Positions 38,926-46,910 of a stretch of DNA of 64,000 nucleotides are shown here, piece by piece. The position numbers and the translations under genes are program-made. The notes below the pieces were generated by a model. It did no database searches and was not told the DNA's origin. It saw only the letters and a list, made by a program, of their open reading frames with translations. This DNA is from Acidobacteriota bacterium (GTDB taxonomy: Bacteria; Acidobacteriota; UBA6911; RPQK01; JAJDTT01), in contig OZ253580.1 in NCBI GenBank assembly GCA_965263035.1, positions 3,200,001-3,264,000 of the forward strand, given 5' to 3'. The stretch's first letter is position 1; every line of letters starts with the position of its first letter.

Positions 38926-40983
38926 GTGAGGAACTCCGCCGCCGAACGGGTACGTAGCGAAGATCTCATCGCCCTGGGGTTGAAAACTCCGGAAGCCCGG
39001 CGGCTATCGTCGGAAGTGAACCGTCTGTTGGGCACTTGCTCCTCCGTCGAATGCTGGCGACGGATCAGTGGCGGCCTCCTGAGTCCGGCTCATCCGTTCC
39101 CGGTCCACCAGCTGCTGCACAGGACTGTGTTCGACAACGAGCGCGAGACGGGCCCCCCGCCCATTTTCGTCCCGGCGCCGGATTCCATCCAGGAATCGAA
39201 CCTGGCGCGAATCCAGGAGCAACTGGGTCTGGATTCGTATGCCGAACTTCACTCCTGGACCGTAGTGAACCGCTCCGGGTACTGGGAGTTGATGATCCGG
39301 CATCTGGGGATCCGGTTCCGGACTCCGCCGGTCCGGATCCTGGATTCGACACCCGATGTGGAAAACGTGAGGTGGCTGCCCGGCGCCAGACTGAACATCG
39401 CCGAGAGCTGTTTTGACCGTGGAGCGGAACCGGCCGTCGTTTATCAGAGGGAGGGGGCGCCCCTTTCCAGTCTGACTCGGAAGGAGTTGGACTCGCTGTC
39501 GAACCGTGTCGCCAACGCGCTTCCCCTCCTGGGAGTGGATCGGGGTGACTCGGTTGCCATCGACATGCCCATGAACGTCGAGGCCGTGGCCATCTATCTG
39601 GGTATCATCAAGGCGGGTTGTGTGGCGCTGACCATAGCCGAAAGCTTTTCCGCCCCGGAGGTCCGGACCCGGCTCAGAGTCGGAGAGGCCAAGGCCCTCT
39701 TTACCCAGGACCGGATTCTGCGCGGTTCCCGGGAGCTTCCCCTTTACACCAGGATGACGGAGGCCGGCGCGCCGGTGACGGTGGTGGTGCCGGCCCAGGG
39801 ACGTCTCTCCGAGCCGCTGCGGGAGGGAGACCTGTCGTGGGATGATTTCCTGTGTGACAACGATGTTTTTCAGGCGGTGGCGTGCGATCCCGACGACGCC
39901 ATCAACATTCTCTTCTCCTCGGGGACCACGGGTGAGCCCAAGGCCATTCCGTTCACCCACCTGACCCCCATCAAGTGCGCCGCCGACGGATGTCTGCATC
40001 AGGATATTCGGGAAGGAGACGTGGTGGCATGGCCCACCAGCTTGGGATGGATGATGGGACCCTGGTTGATCTATGCTTCCCTCATCAATGGAGCCACCAT
40101 CGCTCTCTTCGACGGCATTCCCACGTCCAGGTCGTTCTGCGAGTTCGTGCAGGATGCGAAAGTGAACGTTCTGGGGGTCGTGCCCACTCTGGTCGGGGCT
40201 TGGCGGGCCGGAGGCTGCGCGGAAGGACTCGACTGGTCCTCCGTCAGGGTCTTCACCTCCACGGGAGAGTGCTCGAATCCCGACGACATGCACTATTTGA
40301 CCTCCAGGGCGGGGTACCGGCCGGTGGTCGAGTATTGCGGCGGAACCGAGATCGGCGGCGCCTACATCACCGGCACCGTGGTGCAAACTTCCGTTGCCTC
40401 AGCCTTCTCGACGGCGGCTCTGGGCATGAGTCTGACCATTCTGGATCGGCGTGGCGACGAGTCCGATCAGGGTGAGATTTTCATCGTTTCCCCCTCCATC
40501 GGGCTCTCCACGCGCCTGTTGAACCGAAACCACCATCGGGAGTATTTCGCCGGGACGCCCCAGGGGCCGGGAGGGATCCTGCTGCGGCGTCATGGAGATC
40601 GGATGGAGCGGCTCGACAATGGTTACTACCGGGCGCAGGGGCGAATCGACGACACCATGAACCTGGGTGGCATCAAGGTGGGGTCGGCAGAGATCGAACG
40701 AGTCTTGAATCGGGTGCCGGGGATCGGAGAGACGGCGGCTGTGGCGGTCTCTCCTCCCGGTGGAGGCGCGACCCGGCTGGTGGTCTACGTCGTCCTTGCC
40801 ACGCCGGATCCGGAGTTCGGCGAGGAGGGACTCTTACGGATTTTTCAGAGGGCGATTGCGGATCGGCTCAACCCCCTTTTCAGGTTGCACGATGTGAAGG
40901 TGGTCCGACAAATGCCCCGCACCGCCTCCAACAAGATCCTGCGGCGGCAGTTGCGTTCCCGATATTCGGGGCCGGACTCGTGA
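38926..40983 (+). CDS. Acyl-CoA synthetase (AMP-binding), resembling the plant AAE17/AAE18 subfamily
   Basis: ILFSSGTTGEPKAIP, WPTSLGWMMGPW, EYCGGTEIGG, GRIDDTMNLGGIK, PRTASNK. Confidence 0.88.
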   Translation: MRNSAAERVRSEDLIALGLKTPEARRLSSEVNRLLGTCSSVECWRRISGGLLSPAHPFPVHQLLHRTVFDNERETGPPPIFVPAPDSIQESNLARIQEQLGLDSYAELHSWTVVNRSGYWELMIRHLGIRFRTPPVRILDSTPDVENVRWLPGARLNIAESCFDRGAEPAVVYQREGAPLSSLTRKELDSLSNRVANALPLLGVDRGDSVAIDMPMNVEAVAIYLGIIKAGCVALTIAESFSAPEVRTRLRVGEAKALFTQDRILRGSRELPLYTRMTEAGAPVTVVVPAQGRLSEPLREGDLSWDDFLCDNDVFQAVACDPDDAINILFSSGTTGEPKAIPFTHLTPIKCAADGCLHQDIREGDVVAWPTSLGWMMGPWLIYASLINGATIALFDGIPTSRSFCEFVQDAKVNVLGVVPTLVGAWRAGGCAEGLDWSSVRVFTSTGECSNPDDMHYLTSRAGYRPVVEYCGGTEIGGAYITGTVVQTSVASAFSTAALGMSLTILDRRGDESDQGEIFIVSPSIGLSTRLLNRNHHREYFAGTPQGPGGILLRRHGDRMERLDNGYYRAQGRIDDTMNLGGIKVGSAEIERVLNRVPGIGETAAVAVSPPGGGATRLVVYVVLATPDPEFGEEGLLRIFQRAIADRLNPLFRLHDVKVVRQMPRTASNKILRRQLRSRYSGPDS

Positions 40984-41019
40984 TCAGGAATCCGTGCACA
41001 TGCAGGAGACCGGCGCATC

Positions 41020-42813
41020 ATGACGTTTGAGATCGCCTTCATGTTGGGCTTGATTGCGGTCGCGCTGGTCGTGTTCTCGCTGGAGATCTTTCCCATTGAA
41101 GTGACGGCGGTCGCTCTCCTGGGAGTCCTCTTGGTCACTGGAACCCTCACTGCGGAACAGGCCGTTTCGGGGTTCAGCAACAAGGCGGTGGTCACCATAG
41201 CCGCCATGTTCCTCCTGAGTCACGCCCTGGTGAAGACCGGTATTCTGGAGGTGGCCGCCGATCGGCTCAGTCGCCGGGTGGGGACCCGGAAATGGCTGGG
41301 AATGTGCATTTTCCTGGGCGTGGCCGGTATTCTCTCCGGGTTTCTGAACAACACTGCGGTGGTGGCGGTCTTCATTCCCCTGGCCATCAGCCTGTGCCGC
41401 CGGTTCCACCTGAGTCCCAGCAAGGCCCTTATCCCACTCTCCTTTGCCTGCATGGCCGGCGGAACCCTGACCTTGGTGGGGACCTCCACGAATCTGATCG
41501 TCAGCTCCGTCGCTGAGAGGGCCGGTCAGGCTTCTTTCGGAATGTTCGAGTTCTTTCCTCTGGGTATCTTGCTGTTGGGCGCCGGACTGATCTACGTCTG
41601 TCTCCTCTCCCGGCGCCTTCTCCCCTCCCGCTCCACCCCCGTCTCCCTTGCCGGGAACTACCACATGGGCGCCTACCTCACCGAAGTCCGGGTCCGGGAG
41701 AAGTCGAAACTCGCCGGAAGGACCTGCCTGGAAGTCGGCATGAACAAGCATTATGACATCATCGTGCTGTCGATCCTGAGAGGCGGTCAGCATGTCTCCC
41801 ACAATATTCGAAACGAGCGTCTCGGAGTCGGCGACATCCTTATCGTCCGCGGGACCATCGACAACATCTTCCGGCTGCGAACGGAATTGGGGCTGGCCCT
41901 GCTCTCGGACATCAAGCTCAACGATCGGGAATTGGCCCGGGAAGGGCAACTCATGGCCGAAGGCCTGGTCACCCGCACCAGCTCCCTGATCGGCAAGACC
42001 TTGAAGGAAGCCGACTTCCGCCAGCACTATCGGGCCTTCGTGCTGGCCGTCCGGCGCCATGGGGAGATCTTGAGGAACAAGATTTCAAATATCCCCTTGC
42101 GTTTTTCCGACACGTTGCTGATGTTGGCTTCCCCCGACAGGCTCGACGATCTTCGACGTTCCGATGACCTCATCGTCATCTCCCAGGTCGATCTCCACAT
42201 CAGAAGAGGCCGCCTATGGTGGTTGGTCCTCGTCCTGATTCCGGTGATGGTGGTCCTGGCCGCCCTGGGCGTGATGGAGATTCTGAAGGGAGCCTTTCTG
42301 GCGGTGGTGCTGCTCCTTTTTCTTTCCATTCTCTCTCCGCAGGAGGCCTACCGGTCCATCGACTGGTCGGTCGTGGTCCTGATCGCGTCGTTGATTCCCG
42401 TGGGCGAGGCCATGGTCGAAACCGGCACGGCCGGCTACATCGCCGACCAGATCCTGATTGTGGTCTCGCTCTTCGAGGGGTCGGACCTGGCCCCCTACGT
42501 AGGAGTGGGGCTGATCTACCTGGTCACCTGCGTCCTGACTCAGGTGGTGTCCAATGCGGCCACCGCCGTCTTGATGCCGCCGGTGGCTCTGAGCCTGGCT
42601 GCCGCCTTGGGCGTGGACGCGAGACCCTTTCTGATGGCGACCTGCTTTGCCGCGTCGTCGGCGTTTCTCACCCCCATGGGCTACCAGACCAATCTCATGG
42701 TCTATGCACCGGGAAACTACCGGTTCCTGGACTACACTCGATTCGGCGGTCCCTTGAGTCTGGTCTTCTGGGTCATGGCGACGGTGTTCATTCCCCGATT
42801 CTGGCCGTTCTAA
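41020..42813 (+). CDS. SLC13/DASS permease with two TrkA-C domains
   Basis: SGFLNNT, GGTLTLVGTSTNL, VSNAAT, TPMGYQTN, GNYRFLDY. Confidence 0.9.
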   Translation: MTFEIAFMLGLIAVALVVFSLEIFPIEVTAVALLGVLLVTGTLTAEQAVSGFSNKAVVTIAAMFLLSHALVKTGILEVAADRLSRRVGTRKWLGMCIFLGVAGILSGFLNNTAVVAVFIPLAISLCRRFHLSPSKALIPLSFACMAGGTLTLVGTSTNLIVSSVAERAGQASFGMFEFFPLGILLLGAGLIYVCLLSRRLLPSRSTPVSLAGNYHMGAYLTEVRVREKSKLAGRTCLEVGMNKHYDIIVLSILRGGQHVSHNIRNERLGVGDILIVRGTIDNIFRLRTELGLALLSDIKLNDRELAREGQLMAEGLVTRTSSLIGKTLKEADFRQHYRAFVLAVRRHGEILRNKISNIPLRFSDTLLMLASPDRLDDLRRSDDLIVISQVDLHIRRGRLWWLVLVLIPVMVVLAALGVMEILKGAFLAVVLLLFLSILSPQEAYRSIDWSVVVLIASLIPVGEAMVETGTAGYIADQILIVVSLFEGSDLAPYVGVGLIYLVTCVLTQVVSNAATAVLMPPVALSLAAALGVDARPFLMATCFAASSAFLTPMGYQTNLMVYAPGNYRFLDYTRFGGPLSLVFWVMATVFIPRFWPF

Positions 42814-42854
42814 GGCCGTACTTGACTTGGCCGCGAACTTCCCGGAGGTCCTCA

Positions 42855-45122
42855 ATGCGCGTCCGTAGAAACTGTGGAGTCGTATTTCTGATCCTGTGGT
42901 GCGGTTGGCCTCCGGTCGAGAGCGCTCCGGAGAATCCTCCGGGGATGTTGGGATTTTCCCCCGGTGCGGTCGAGGAGCAGCGGCGCCTGGAATCCAAAAT
43001 GGACGCTGCCCTGGATCCGGCGCAGATTGGAGACTGGATTCGAAGACTCAGTTCCCGCCCGCACCATACCGGTTCCCCCAAGGGCCGGGAAAATGCCCAA
43101 TTCATGGTTTCCCTGTTTCGCTCCTGGGGGTATGAGAGCTGGTTGGACGAATACCGGATCCTCTTTCCGACACCCAAGCTCCGCCGGTTGGAGATGCTGG
43201 AGCCCACGCCTTTCCGTGCCCGCCTGGTCGAACCCGCGCTGGCGGAGGATTCCACCTCCAACCAGTCGTCGGAGCAGTTGCCCGCCTACAACGCCTATTC
43301 GCCGGACGGGGAGGCGACCGGCCAGCTGGTCTACGTCAACTACGGGATACCGGCCGACTACGAGCAGCTGGAGCGCCGGGGCATCCAGGTCAAGGACCGG
43401 ATCGTCATCGCCCGCTACGGTGGTTCCTGGAGGGGGCTCAAGCCCAAGCTGGCGGCCGAGCAGGGAGCGCTGGCCTGCATCATCTATTCCGACCCCAGAG
43501 ACGACGGATACTTCCAGGGTGACGCCTATCCCAGGGGTCCCTTTCGCAGTGAAGATGGAGTGGAGAGGGGATCGGTGCTCGACATGCCGATCCATCCCGG
43601 CGACCCGCTGACCCCCTTCACGGCGGCGACCGAGGACGCCGACAGATTGTCCCGAAGCGAAGCGCCCACGCTGCCTCGAATTCCGGTCCTCCCCATCTCC
43701 CATGAAGACGCCCTGCCCCTGCTGAGTGCCCTGGAGGGTCCGGTGGCTCCTCCCCACTGGCGCGGCGCCCTGCCCATCACCTACCACCTGGGTCCGGGTC
43801 CGGCCACGGTGCGCCTCAAGCTGGAGTTCAACTGGGACCTGGTTCCCGCCTACAACGTCATCGCCAAGCTGGAAGGCCGAGAAGAGCCGGATCAGTGGAT
43901 CCTCCGCGGGAACCATCATGACGCCTGGGTCCACGGCGCCAGGGACCCGGTGAGCGGCGTGGCCGCCATGCTGGCCGAGGCCCGAGCGGTGGCCAGCCTG
44001 ACCGAAGACGGGTGGCGTCCTCGCCGCAGCATCGTTTACGCCGCCTGGGACGCCGAGGAGCCGGGTCTGATCGGCTCCACCGAGTGGGCGGAGGAGTACG
44101 CCGACGAGTTGAAGGAAAAGGCCGTCGTTTACGTGAACAGCGACTCCAATGGCCGTGGGTTCCTGAGTGCCGGAGGCTCCCACAGCCTGGAGACGCTGGT
44201 CAACCAGGTCGCGAGGGACGTCGATGATCCCCAGACGGACCTGAGCGTCCTGCAGCGTGCCCTGGCCCGGCGAACGGTCTCCATCGATCCGCTACCGCTG
44301 GCACCGGTGGAGCGGGTGAAGCTGGGAGCCTTGGGATCGGGTTCCGACTACACTCCGTTTCTCCAGCACCTTGGAGTCGCCAGCCTCAATCTGGCTTTCG
44401 GCGGCGAGTCCCCCCAGGGCTCCTATCATTCCCTCTACGACTCCTTCGACCATTACCGCCGTTTCATGGATCCGGGATACCGCTACGGCGTCGTCCTGGC
44501 CCAGGTGGCCGGCAGAACCGTGCTTCGGCTGGCCAACGCCGAGATACTGCCGTTGGAGTTCACTCGCCTGGCTGCCACTTTGGAGGGTTATCTGAAAGAG
44601 GTCATGGATCTGGCCGGCGAAATGCGCCGCGGAACCGAAGCCCTGAACCGTTGGATTCTGCGCGGATATCTGAAGGCGGCATCAGATCCGACCCAGACTT
44701 ACGTGGCTCCGGCGCCTCAGAACGCCGTTCCCTTCGTCAACTTCGCGCCGCTTCGAAACGCCATGGCCGGGCTTCAGGCCAGCGCCCGCAAGTATGCCGA
44801 GGCTTACGGCCGGTTCGCGTCCGCAGGCATGCTTCCAGAGGCGGAACGGTTGAAGCTGAATCGGATCCTGATGGGACTGGAGCAGAAATTCGCCCACCCG
44901 GAAGGGCTGCCGGAGCGCCCCTGGTACCGGCACCATATCTATGCGCCGGGCTTCTACACCGGCTACGGCGTCAAAACCCTGCCCGGAGTTCGAGAGGCCA
45001 TCGAGCAACGGAAATGGGAACAGGTAGAGGCCCAGATCGAACGGGCGGCCGGCTTGATCCGGGCCTACTCCGGCGAGGTCGAGCGGGCGGCTAGTTTGCT
45101 GGCGTCCCGTCCTTCACGTTAG
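42855..45122 (+). CDS. M28 metallopeptidase (glutamate carboxypeptidase II-like; PA and TFR dimer domains)
   Basis: YVNYG, GNHHDAW, DPVSG, WDAEE.GLIGSTEW, GSGSDY, YHSLYD, RPWYRH. Confidence 0.92.
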   Translation: MRVRRNCGVVFLILWCGWPPVESAPENPPGMLGFSPGAVEEQRRLESKMDAALDPAQIGDWIRRLSSRPHHTGSPKGRENAQFMVSLFRSWGYESWLDEYRILFPTPKLRRLEMLEPTPFRARLVEPALAEDSTSNQSSEQLPAYNAYSPDGEATGQLVYVNYGIPADYEQLERRGIQVKDRIVIARYGGSWRGLKPKLAAEQGALACIIYSDPRDDGYFQGDAYPRGPFRSEDGVERGSVLDMPIHPGDPLTPFTAATEDADRLSRSEAPTLPRIPVLPISHEDALPLLSALEGPVAPPHWRGALPITYHLGPGPATVRLKLEFNWDLVPAYNVIAKLEGREEPDQWILRGNHHDAWVHGARDPVSGVAAMLAEARAVASLTEDGWRPRRSIVYAAWDAEEPGLIGSTEWAEEYADELKEKAVVYVNSDSNGRGFLSAGGSHSLETLVNQVARDVDDPQTDLSVLQRALARRTVSIDPLPLAPVERVKLGALGSGSDYTPFLQHLGVASLNLAFGGESPQGSYHSLYDSFDHYRRFMDPGYRYGVVLAQVAGRTVLRLANAEILPLEFTRLAATLEGYLKEVMDLAGEMRRGTEALNRWILRGYLKAASDPTQTYVAPAPQNAVPFVNFAPLRNAMAGLQASARKYAEAYGRFASAGMLPEAERLKLNRILMGLEQKFAHPEGLPERPWYRHHIYAPGFYTGYGVKTLPGVREAIEQRKWEQVEAQIERAAGLIRAYSGEVERAASLLASRPSR

Positions 45123-45447
45123 CAGCCCGTGGCAAAAGTCGTCGCGGCATTCGACCGGGTCTGCATCGTGCGCGGACTGCGTTGCGCCTCGGTCACATAG
45201 GAGTCTGCGCGGTAGAAATGATCGTAGCGAGAAAGTGGGGAATCGAGGCCAGATTTTCTCGATTTGGAGGTGCATAGTTGTTCTATTCGCCGAGAAATCG
45301 GGGAAATATGGACCGATTCTACCGCTTTCGCAGTAGATCAATTTCTGCGGCGCAGGCTCATAGGGTCGAATATGCTCCCTCACCGCGCCTTGCCCGGCGG
45401 GCGCAGCCCCGGTCTCGGTGCTACGCGGGACTTTCACCACGGACTGC
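45122..45447 (-). mobile_element. MITE family B copy interrupted by family A copy 4
   Basis: 45122-45200 and 45364-45447 match the reverse complement of 34284-34445; TA at both ends. Confidence 0.85.
45201..45359 (-). mobile_element. MITE family A, copy 4 (159 bp, inverted, ATAG duplication)
   Basis: ATAG at 45197-45200 and 45360-45363. Confidence 0.9.
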
Positions 45448-46815
45448 TATGACGTCGTGGAGGACCTTGCCTCCCACGTCGGTGAGGCGAAAATCCCTCC
45501 CGCTGTAACGATAGGTCAATCGCGTGTGGTCCAATCCCAGGAGATGCAGGATCGTGGCATGCAGGTCGTGGGGATGGACAGGATCTTCCACGGCCTTGTA
45601 TCCGAAATCATCGGTGGCGCCGTAAGTGCAGCCACCTCGAATTCCACCTCCGGCCAGTAGCGTGCTGTAGCCGTACACGTTGTGGTCGCGGCCCTTTCCG
45701 ATCTTCTCCAGGCCGCTGTTCTGGATCATGGGAGTGCGGCCGAACTCGCTGCCGACGATGACCAGGGTCTCCTCGAACAGGCCGCGCAACTTCAGGTCAT
45801 GGACCAGGGCGGCGATGGGACCGTCCGCTACCCGGGCCAGCCTGCGGTGGTCCTGGATGTCGTCATGGCTGTCCCAAGGTTGGGAGCTTCCGTAGAAGAC
45901 CTGGACCATTCGAACTCCCTGCTCCACCAGTCGAAGGGCCATGAGGCAGCCGCGGCCGAAGTCGCTGTCGCCGTACCTTGAGCGTGTGGACTCCGTCTCC
46001 CTGGTGATGTCGAAGACATGGGGTACTTCCATCTGCATCCGGAAGGCCACTTCCATGGCGGCGATGCCGGACTCCAGTTCCGGCTGGTGACCGAGACGTC
46101 CCAGATAGGAGCGGTTGAGTTGGGTCAACAGAGCCAGTTGCCGCTCCTGCTCGCGGGGGAGCAACCTCTGGTTCCGAACGTTCTGGACCAGCTTTTCCGG
46201 CGACGTCTCGCTGTTGCGAACGTGGGTCCCCTGGTAGGCGTTGGGAAGGAAACCGGAAGACCAGAGGGGAGGGCCCACGATGGGATTACCGGGACACAAC
46301 ACCACGAACCCAGGCAGATTCTCGTTCTCGGAGCCCAGTCCGTAGGTGATCCATGAACCCATGGAGGGGTGACCGGGGAGTTGGTGTCCACAACTCATGA
46401 GGAGAAGGGAGGGCTCGTGATTGCCGATGTCCGAATGCATGGAGCGGATGACGCAGAAATCGTCGATGGAATCGCCCACTCGCGGGAAGATCTCCGAGAT
46501 CGGGATTCCGCTCTCGCCGCAGCGGCGAAATCCAAAGGGAGATCTCATCAGGGTGCCCGAGGCCCGGTCGGTCCTGACTTTGGGGCCGGGGAGCGGTTCG
46601 CCGTGGTGGCGAGCCAACGCCGGTTTGGGGTCGAAGGTATCGACCTGGGAAAGACCGCCATTGAGGAAGAGAAAGATGACGTGCTTGGCCCGGGGCGGGA
46701 AATGGGGATTCCGGAGGGACAGAGGCTGGTCGCGGGATGGTTCTGCCAGGAGACTGGACATTCCCACCGTACCGAACCCGGTCCCCATGAGAGACAGCAG
46801 CTCACGTCGGTTCAT
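45421..46815 (-). CDS. DUF1501 domain protein with a Tat-like signal
   Basis: MNRRELL, AKHVIFLFLNGGLSQVDTFDPKP, WDSH, EFGRTP, GRDH, DLHATILHLLG. Confidence 0.9.
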   Translation of the reverse strand: MNRRELLSLMGTGFGTVGMSSLLAEPSRDQPLSLRNPHFPPRAKHVIFLFLNGGLSQVDTFDPKPALARHHGEPLPGPKVRTDRASGTLMRSPFGFRRCGESGIPISEIFPRVGDSIDDFCVIRSMHSDIGNHEPSLLLMSCGHQLPGHPSMGSWITYGLGSENENLPGFVVLCPGNPIVGPPLWSSGFLPNAYQGTHVRNSETSPEKLVQNVRNQRLLPREQERQLALLTQLNRSYLGRLGHQPELESGIAAMEVAFRMQMEVPHVFDITRETESTRSRYGDSDFGRGCLMALRLVEQGVRMVQVFYGSSQPWDSHDDIQDHRRLARVADGPIAALVHDLKLRGLFEETLVIVGSEFGRTPMIQNSGLEKIGKGRDHNVYGYSTLLAGGGIRGGCTYGATDDFGYKAVEDPVHPHDLHATILHLLGLDHTRLTYRYSGRDFRLTDVGGKVLHDVIAVRGESPA

Positions 46816-46910
46816 GTTGGGCTCCTCCCAATCCAACGGTACAAGAATCTTCCCGGATCGTCAGTACCGCGCCGTTCATTTCCGACCATCCCCGGCTGGT
46901 TTCGTCCATC

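Noticed and set aside
38729-38929. Recurring small ORF YCESGRIGPYFPDFSANRTTMHLKIEK...
   Set aside because: It is a translation of MITE A, with no consistent start or stop across copies.
42216-42854. N-terminal extensions in the ORF track (M28 peptidase; likewise ruvC, pyrF, DUF58, propeller, acyl-CoA dehydrogenase, etfB)
   Set aside because: They overlap upstream genes or intergenic DNA and have low-complexity R/G/P composition; downstream starts fit family length better.
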